NCBI GenBank assembly: GCA_028284265.1
Contig: JANQRZ010000024.1
Coordinates: 64,132 to 128,131, forward strand
Direction: 5' to 3'
DNA: 64,000 bases
Source of the DNA: Rhodothermales bacterium
GTDB taxonomy: Bacteria > Bacteroidota > Rhodothermia > Rhodothermales > JANQRZ01
Part shown: in pieces, positions 58,130 through 64,000 of the stretch
Numbering within the stretch: position 1 is the stretch's first letter
How the letters are laid out: each line of letters opens with the position of its first letter
The notes under the pieces: generated by a model
Databases searched by the model: none
What the model was told of the DNA's origin: nothing
The model's input: only the letters and a program-made list of their open reading frames with translations
Translations under genes and position numbers: made by a program

Positions 58130-59800
58130 ATGTGCTCTATCCTCGGCATCCTCGAACCTCACGGTGCGGCGGACGACCTCCGCGCCACCGCCCTCCGCCT
58201 CTCCAAGCTCCAGCGCCATCGCGGCCCCGATTGGTCGGGCGTCTACGAATCTGACCGTGCGATTCTCGCGCACGAGCGCCTCGCCATCGTTGATGTGCTC
58301 CACGGCGCACAGCCGCTCACCGACGAGGCAGGCACCGTCGCCCTCGCCGTCAACGGGGAGATCTACAACCACCGCGCACTCCGCGACGGCCTCGCCACGC
58401 CGTACCCGTTCCAGACGGACTCCGACTGTGAGGTGCTGATCCCGCTCTACCGCGAGCTTGGGGCCGACTTCCTCGACCGACTGACTGGCATCTTCGCCTT
58501 TGTGCTCTACGACGCTGGGCGCGACCGCTACTTGATCGCCCGCGACCCCTACGGCGTGATGCCGCTCTACACCGGGCGCGACGAGCACGGGACACTCTAC
58601 GTCGCCTCTGAGATGAAAGCGCTCGTGCCGGTGTGCCAGCAGATTGAGGCGTTCCCACCGGGGCACGTCTGGGACAGTGAGGTCGGCGAGCCGCAACGCT
58701 ACTACACACGCGATTGGTGGACCTACGAGGCCGTCGAAGGCAACGATGCCGATCCCGCCGAGGTGCGGGCCGCGCTCGAAGCCGCCGTCAAGCGCCAGCT
58801 CATGACCGACGTGCCCTACGGCGTGCTTCTCTCCGGCGGCCTCGATTCCTCCGTTATCGCCGCCACCGCCAAGCGGTTCGCCGCCCGCCGCGTCGAGGAC
58901 GGCGATGAGACCGAGGCGTGGTGGCCGAGTCTCCACTCGTTCGCCATCGGCCTCGAAGGCAGCCCCGACCTCGCGGCGGCGCAGGAGGTGGCGGACTTCA
59001 TCGGGACCGAGCACCACGCCTTCCACTTCACTGTGCAGGAAGGGATCGACGCGCTCTCCGACGTGATCTATCACCTCGAGACCTACGATGTCACCACCGT
59101 CCGCGCCGCGACGCCGATGTATCTCATGGCTCGCCGCATCAAGGCGATGGGCATCAAGATGGTCCTCTCCGGCGAAGGCTCCGACGAAATCTTCGGTGGG
59201 TATCTCTACTTTCACAAAGCCCCCGACGCCCGCGCTTTCCACGAGGAGACCGTCCGCAAGCTCGACCGTCTCCACGCCTACGACTGCCTCCGCGCCAACA
59301 AGGCAATGGCCGCGTGGGGCGTTGAGGCCCGCGTGCCGTTCCTTGATCAAGAGTTCATCGACGTGGCGATGCGGCTCAACCCAGCGGCGAAGATGGCGAC
59401 GGACGGGAAGATGGAGAAGCACATCCTCCGCGAGGCGTTCGAGGACACGCTGCCCGCGTCGGTGGCGTGGCGACAGAAGGAGCAGTTCTCCGACGGCGTC
59501 GGCTACTCGTGGATCGACTCGCTCAAGGCCTACGCCGAGGAGCAGGTGACCGATGAGCAACTTGGACGCGCTGCTTTTCGCTTTCCGATCAACACACCCG
59601 ACACGAAGGAGGCGTACCTCTACCGGACGTACTTCGCTGAGCACTTTCCGCAGGATGCCTGCGCGCAGACCGTGCCGTGGGAAAAGTCCGTCGCGTGCAG
59701 CACGGCGACCGCGCTCGAATGGGACGCCGCCTTCGCTAGCGCCGCCGACCCCTCCGGTCGGGCCGTGCGCGGCGTGCACGCGGACGCCTACGACGGGTGA
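58130..59800 (+). CDS. asnB: Asparagine synthase (glutamine-hydrolysing)
   Basis: MCSILGIL starts with the catalytic Cys2 of class-II glutamine amidotransferases. It also has the GEIYNH motif, the synthetase motif LLSGGLDSS, and EGSDEIFGGY. The start was moved from 58109 to ATG 58130. Confidence 0.95.
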   Translation: MCSILGILEPHGAADDLRATALRLSKLQRHRGPDWSGVYESDRAILAHERLAIVDVLHGAQPLTDEAGTVALAVNGEIYNHRALRDGLATPYPFQTDSDCEVLIPLYRELGADFLDRLTGIFAFVLYDAGRDRYLIARDPYGVMPLYTGRDEHGTLYVASEMKALVPVCQQIEAFPPGHVWDSEVGEPQRYYTRDWWTYEAVEGNDADPAEVRAALEAAVKRQLMTDVPYGVLLSGGLDSSVIAATAKRFAARRVEDGDETEAWWPSLHSFAIGLEGSPDLAAAQEVADFIGTEHHAFHFTVQEGIDALSDVIYHLETYDVTTVRAATPMYLMARRIKAMGIKMVLSGEGSDEIFGGYLYFHKAPDARAFHEETVRKLDRLHAYDCLRANKAMAAWGVEARVPFLDQEFIDVAMRLNPAAKMATDGKMEKHILREAFEDTLPASVAWRQKEQFSDGVGYSWIDSLKAYAEEQVTDEQLGRAAFRFPINTPDTKEAYLYRTYFAEHFPQDACAQTVPWEKSVACSTATALEWDAAFASAADPSGRAVRGVHADAYDG

Positions 59801-59803
59801 CCT

Positions 59804-59894
59804 GTCATTGCGAGGAGGCCGAAGGCCGACGCGGCAATCTCCCGACGGCGACTCAGTCATTTGGAGATTGCTTCGTCGCTACGCTCGAAATGAC
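59804..59894. repeat. Imperfect palindromic hairpin element (REP/MITE-like) between asnB and gltX
   Basis: The left arm is GTCATTGCGAGG...GCAATCTCC and the right arm is GGAGATTGC...GCTCGAAATGAC. The inner 9-bp stem pairs 59834-59842 with 59863-59871. The outer arms GTCATTGCGAGG and GCTCGAAATGAC pair imperfectly. Confidence 0.6.
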
Positions 59895-60004
59895 AAACTA
59901 GGACTACGGACTGTACCTCTGCCTTTCACCCGGATTTGCACAACGCATGGGCGAGGCCGCGGCTATACTGAGGCGATCCTCCACTTCGCCTCACGGCCTC
60001 TCTC

Positions 60005-61483
60005 ATGTCCGACTCTGTCCGCGTCCGCTTTGCTCCCAGCCCGACCGGGTGGCTCCACATCGGCGGCCTCCGCACCGCGCTCTACAACTACCTCTTCGCC
60101 CGCCAGCACGGCGGCACGTTCGTCCTCCGCATCGAGGACACCGACCAGTCGCGTTACGTCGAGGAGGCCGAGCAGGATATCGTGGAGTCGATGCGGTGGG
60201 TCGGGCTGGAGGTCGACGAAGGCCCCGACAAGGGGGGCAACGTTGGGCCGTATCGCCAGAGCCAGCGGACGGACCTGTACCGCGAGCACGTCGACCAACT
60301 GCTGGCGAGTGGGCACGCCTACGTCGCCTTCGACACGGCGGAGGAGATCGACGCGATGCGCGAGCGTCTGAAAACGCCAGACAACCCCTCGCCGAAGTAC
60401 GACGCCGCGACGCGGATGCAGATGATGAACGCTCTCACGCTCGACGCCGACGAAGTCCAGCGGCGGCTCGACGCGGGCGAGGAGTACGTCGTCCGGCTGA
60501 AGGTGGAGCCGGGGCAGACGGTCCGGTTCGACGACCTCATCCGTGGGCCGGTGGCGTTCGAGACCGACACCGTGGACGATCAGGTGCTCCTTAAAAGCGA
60601 CGGCTTTCCGACCTACCACCTCGCGAACGTCGTGGACGATCACGCGATGCAGATTACGCACGTCATCCGGGGTGAGGAGTGGCTGCCGAGCACGCCGAAG
60701 CACGTCCTGCTCTACGACGCCTTCGGGTGGCCGCCGCCCGCGTTCGCGCATCTGCCGCTCATCATGTCGCCCACCGGGGGCAAGCTCTCGAAGCGCAACG
60801 CCGATAAAATGAGGATCCCGGTGTCGGTCAAGGACTACATCGCACAGGGCTACGAGCCGGAGGCCCTCGTCAACTTCCTCGCGCTCCTCGGCTGGAACCC
60901 CGGCGACGAGCGCGAACTGTTCACGCTGAGCGAGTTGGTCGAGGCCTACTCCATCGAGCGGACGGCCCACAGCGGGGCGCAGTTCGATATCGACAAACTC
61001 CAGTGGTTCAACGGGCAGTACGTCCGTGAGCTATCGCCCACTGAGATCGCCGAGCGTGCCCGCCCTGGAGTGGAGGAGCGTGTCGGACCGGTCGATCCGG
61101 CGCACCTCGAAGCCGTCGCGGCGCTGATGCACGAGCGGCTGACCTTCGCGCACAATCTCGCCGACGCTGCTTACTTCTTCCAAGACCCGACGACCTACGA
61201 CGAGCAGGGCCTCAAGAAGCGCTGGAAGGACGACAGCGCCGGCCTGATGCGCGCCTACGCCGACCGGCTCGAAGCCGACGACACCTTCACCGAAGAAAGC
61301 ACCGAGGCTGTGATGCGGCAACTCGGCGAAGACGAGGGAGCGGGTTTCGGACGGATCATCCACCCTGTCCGCCTCGCCACCACCGGCACGACCGCTGGAG
61401 CTGGCATGTTCGAGACGCTCGTCCTCATCGGGCGCGAGGCCACGATCCGCCGCCTCCGCCGCGCTGCCGACGAGTTGGGCTGA
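60005..61483 (+). CDS. gltX: Glutamate--tRNA ligase
   Basis: RFAPSPTGWLHIGGLRTALYNY carries the HIGH motif and KLSKR is the KMSKS-type motif. The protein is full length at 492 aa. Confidence 0.95.
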   Translation: MSDSVRVRFAPSPTGWLHIGGLRTALYNYLFARQHGGTFVLRIEDTDQSRYVEEAEQDIVESMRWVGLEVDEGPDKGGNVGPYRQSQRTDLYREHVDQLLASGHAYVAFDTAEEIDAMRERLKTPDNPSPKYDAATRMQMMNALTLDADEVQRRLDAGEEYVVRLKVEPGQTVRFDDLIRGPVAFETDTVDDQVLLKSDGFPTYHLANVVDDHAMQITHVIRGEEWLPSTPKHVLLYDAFGWPPPAFAHLPLIMSPTGGKLSKRNADKMRIPVSVKDYIAQGYEPEALVNFLALLGWNPGDERELFTLSELVEAYSIERTAHSGAQFDIDKLQWFNGQYVRELSPTEIAERARPGVEERVGPVDPAHLEAVAALMHERLTFAHNLADAAYFFQDPTTYDEQGLKKRWKDDSAGLMRAYADRLEADDTFTEESTEAVMRQLGEDEGAGFGRIIHPVRLATTGTTAGAGMFETLVLIGREATIRRLRRAADELG

Positions 61484-61746
61484 TGGCTGAGGCCCCGTTC
61501 CAGATCACGCCGCAGAACGCACCGTTTGCGATCCTGCCCGGCCTCGTGCTGATGTTCACGCTGGCTCCGGCTGCAGCGCCTGCTGTGCCGCTTGCGTTCA
61601 GTGGGCTGTTCTGCGGTCTCGTCGGCGCGGTGCTCGGGCTGCTCGTCTATCGGAGCGTGCGAGACTACGGCCCGCTCGCCCGCATCGGTGCGCTCACCGT
61701 GCTGATCCTCGTGCTGTGGGGCGCGGGCGAGCTACTCGTACCCTAG
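61483..61746 (+). CDS. Small hydrophobic membrane protein (hypothetical)
   Basis: This 87-aa ORF has three hydrophobic helices. It shares 1 nt with the gltX stop (TGATG). Confidence 0.4.
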   Translation: MAEAPFQITPQNAPFAILPGLVLMFTLAPAAAPAVPLAFSGLFCGLVGAVLGLLVYRSVRDYGPLARIGALTVLILVLWGAGELLVP

Positions 61747-62189
61747 CGGTCTGTCTGTTCTCGCTCGGCAAGCACCCGCTCGCGGGTCGGAACACGGAGC
61801 AGGATATAGGCGATACCGACGAGTGCAAAGGCGACGGTGAGTACCTGCCCGACGAAGGACGGGATAGCAAGCACGCTCAAGCTCACGACGACGGTGATCA
61901 TGGCGACAGCCATATACTTGGCACGGCGTGGCATCCCAAGCCCGGCGCGATAGTCACGCACGAGCGGGCCGATGCGGGGGAGGTCCAGCACCCACTGTTC
62001 GAGGCGCGGACTCGACCGGGCGAAGCACGCCGCCGCTCCGATGAAAAAGACGGTTGTGGGCAATCCCGGCACGACGACGCCAACGCTGCCAATCCCGACG
62101 AGGAGCAGCCCACTGAGTAGCCACAGCTTCCGGGTGACAGACCCCGCGAACTTCGGAGGAGGAGGTTTCTCAGAAAGCTGTGTTGGCAT
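61743..62189 (-). CDS. YbaN/DUF454-family inner-membrane protein
   Basis: GSVGVVVPGLPTTVFFIGAAACFARSSPRLEQWVL...GMPRRAKYMAVAMI matches the DUF454 pattern as recalled. Confidence 0.7.
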   Translation of the reverse strand: MPTQLSEKPPPPKFAGSVTRKLWLLSGLLLVGIGSVGVVVPGLPTTVFFIGAAACFARSSPRLEQWVLDLPRIGPLVRDYRAGLGMPRRAKYMAVAMITVVVSLSVLAIPSFVGQVLTVAFALVGIAYILLRVPTRERVLAEREQTDR

Positions 62190-62210
62190 CAGGTCAAAAG
62201 GATCTCTGCG

Positions 62211-64000
62211 TCAACCGCCGAGTTTTTCCTGCAAGAGAGATTGGACCGCTTGGGCGTCGCCGCCTTTTCCGATGCGCCGCATCGTCTGGCCCATGAAGAA
62301 GCCGAGCAAGCGCTGCTCGCCCGCACGGTAGCGCTCCACCTCGTCCGGGTGCTCGGCGAGGACAGCGTCGATTTCGGGCGCGAGCGCCGCATCGTCGCGC
62401 ACGGCGGCGAGGCCCCGCGCTTCGACGACTGCCTCGGCGGTGCCGCCTTCGTTCACGAGCGCCGCGATTACCTCGCCTGCCGCCGTTCGTGTGATCGTTT
62501 GCTGCCCGATGAGACGGAGGACGTCGGCGAGGGCCTCCGGCGTGGCGGCAGACTCGGCGAGGGTCCGGTCGCCGAGGGCCGGGCGCAACTCATGAACGAG
62601 CAGAATCGCCGCCTCCCGCACGGAGGCTCCGACAGCGACGGTCGCCTCGAAAAGTGAGCGAAGGTCGGTGTCGGCGGCTAGGACTGCGGCTTCTTCCTCG
62701 CCCGTGCCGCGTGCGATGAGGGAGTCGTACTCGGCCCGCTCGATCTCTGACAACCCCGCGGCTGGGTCACGCGGGGCCGTAGGTTGTGCGGGGGTTTTCT
62801 GATTGCTGTTCGCTGCCTGCTGCTCGCTGCTCGCTGGCTGCTTCGCCCAGTTGTCTTTCAGCGCGACGATTCGGTTGAAGACGAGAGCATCCGGCGTGCT
62901 GTCCTCCGGGTCACGCCAGAAGAAGCCGAGTCGCTCGAACTGGTAGCGTGTATCTGCCCGATCATGCGCTACGCTTGGCTCGACAAAGCCTTGCGTCTCG
63001 ACGAGCGAGTCCGGGTTAAGCGCCTCGGTGATATCGTCGAGCGCGCCGGGATTCGGGTCGGTGAAGAGGCGGTCGTAGAGCCGGAATCGGGCGGGGAGTG
63101 CGTGCTCGGCCTCGACCCAGTGAATCACGCCACGCGGCTTCTCATCGTCCGAGGCGAGGCGGGCGTGTACAGCAGTAAGGGTGTCGCCATCCTTTTCGAC
63201 CTCGGTGCAAGTGACGACCGGACCGTGGCGGAGGCGGACGGTCGCGCCGGGGGAGAGACGTTTCCACTTCTTCGGCGGGTCTTCGGCGAAGTCGTCGCGC
63301 TCGATCCACAGCTCCGGCCCGAACGGGACCGGGCGCGAGGTCGGAGCACCGGCAGGTGGCTCGATGTCGTGCGGCCAGTACGGTGCGTCGATGATCTCCG
63401 GCTCGGCCCCGTCGATCACGAGCTTGAGCGGGTTCGTCACGGCCATCACGCGGGGGGCGATGGCGTTGAGGTCACTGCGGATGGCGTACTCGTAGCGGGC
63501 GAGGTCGATGCTGCCGTTGACCTTCGTCACGCCGATCTCGTGATAGAATGTGCGGAGTGCCTCGGGCCGGACGCCGCGCCGCCGCTGCGCCGCGAGCGTC
63601 GGCATCCGAGGGTCGTCCCAACCCGCAACGTGCCCCTCCTCGACGAGGCGGCGGAGCGTGCGCTTGCTCATCACCGTGTAGTCGAGGTTGAAGCGGGCGA
63701 ACTCGTACTGGTGATTGCGCGGCTCGGGGATGCCGATGGCGTCCAAGAACCAGTTGTAGAGCGGGCGGTTGACGTCGAACTCTAGCGTGCAGACGGAATG
63801 CGTGATGCCCTCGACCGCGTCGCCCTGGCCATGCGCCCAGTCGTAGAGCGGGTAGATCGCCCAGTCCTGTCCGGTGCGGTAGTGGTGTGCGTCGCGGCGG
63901 ATGCGGTACATCAGCGGGTCGCGCAGCTTCATGTTGTCGTTCGCCATGTCGATCTTCGCCCGGAGGACATGGCTGCCATCGGGATGCTCGCCGCGCCGCA
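62211..64000 (-). CDS. glnS: Glutamine--tRNA ligase with C-terminal YqeY/GatB-like appended domain; N-terminus beyond window end
   Basis: The frame stays open upstream of the listed Met to position 64000 (...GEHPDGSHVLRAKIDMANDNMKLRDPLMYRI, the GlnRS signature). The anticodon-binding beta-barrels follow. A low-complexity linker (SSEQQAANSNQKTPAQPTAPRDPAA) connects to a 181-aa helical tail ending LLGFFMGQTMRRIGKGGDAQAVQSLLQEKLGG. Confidence 0.9.
   Translation of the reverse strand, partial: RRGEHPDGSHVLRAKIDMANDNMKLRDPLMYRIRRDAHHYRTGQDWAIYPLYDWAHGQGDAVEGITHSVCTLEFDVNRPLYNWFLDAIGIPEPRNHQYEFARFNLDYTVMSKRTLRRLVEEGHVAGWDDPRMPTLAAQRRRGVRPEALRTFYHEIGVTKVNGSIDLARYEYAIRSDLNAIAPRVMAVTNPLKLVIDGAEPEIIDAPYWPHDIEPPAGAPTSRPVPFGPELWIERDDFAEDPPKKWKRLSPGATVRLRHGPVVTCTEVEKDGDTLTAVHARLASDDEKPRGVIHWVEAEHALPARFRLYDRLFTDPNPGALDDITEALNPDSLVETQGFVEPSVAHDRADTRYQFERLGFFWRDPEDSTPDALVFNRIVALKDNWAKQPASSEQQAANSNQKTPAQPTAPRDPAAGLSEIERAEYDSLIARGTGEEEAAVLAADTDLRSLFEATVAVGASVREAAILLVHELRPALGDRTLAESAATPEALADVLRLIGQQTITRTAAGEVIAALVNEGGTAEAVVEARGLAAVRDDAALAPEIDAVLAEHPDEVERYRAGEQRLLGFFMGQTMRRIGKGGDAQAVQSLLQEKLGG

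Noticed and set aside
57914-59860. 648-aa minus-strand ORF overlapping asnB
   Set aside because: It is antisense to asnB, which has a catalytic Cys2 and synthetase motifs. The translation is low-complexity and Arg/Gly/Val-rich with no motifs.

Overview
This is a high-GC (about two-thirds G+C by eye) bacterial chromosome segment. A T9SS-type C-terminal sorting domain, tandem SurA/PpiD-like chaperone genes and the general gene content suggest a Rhodothermota/Bacteroidota-like organism; that placement is inference. All calls below come from reading the ORF translations and the DNA by eye, with no database search.

The flanks are housekeeping. The left flank (1-15 kb) carries an EamA transporter, a MerR regulator, tRNA-Pro, a RodZ-like protein, ligA, an SSF symporter, a 7TM-HD hydrolase, a GntR regulator, YceI, an SGNH hydrolase and a DUF4185-like lipoprotein. 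The right flank (50-64 kb) carries MoxR, three PPIase chaperones, an ECF sigma/anti-sigma pair, asnB, gltX, a YbaN-like protein and glnS.

The centre (15.3-45.8 kb) is one co-directional block encoding a complete T2SS/type IV pilus-like apparatus: GspE/PilB ATPase, secretin, a PilM-PilN fusion, PilO- and PilP-like proteins, a pilin, a short prepilin peptidase, three minor pilins and the GspF/PilC platform. Two paralogous giant Rhs/YD-repeat polymorphic toxins (about 2670 and 2743 aa) are inserted into this block. Each ends in a different AT-rich toxin tip followed by an AT-rich immunity gene. This interleaving of Rhs toxins with a secretin/pilus machine, with no T6SS, TcA or T9SS signals in the window, is the main candidate for an undescribed delivery system.

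Downstream lies a small integrative module (HTH proteins plus a large serine recombinase) abutting tRNA-Lys(CUU). Other notable items:
- an Asn-rich leader peptide plus terminator directly upstream of asnB
- a 36-nt duplicated gene end whose copies differ only at synonymous third positions
- a hairpin repeat element between asnB and gltX
- a GlnRS with an appended YqeY/GatB-like domain

Many long ORFs in the supplied track are antisense artefacts of high-GC coding sequence.
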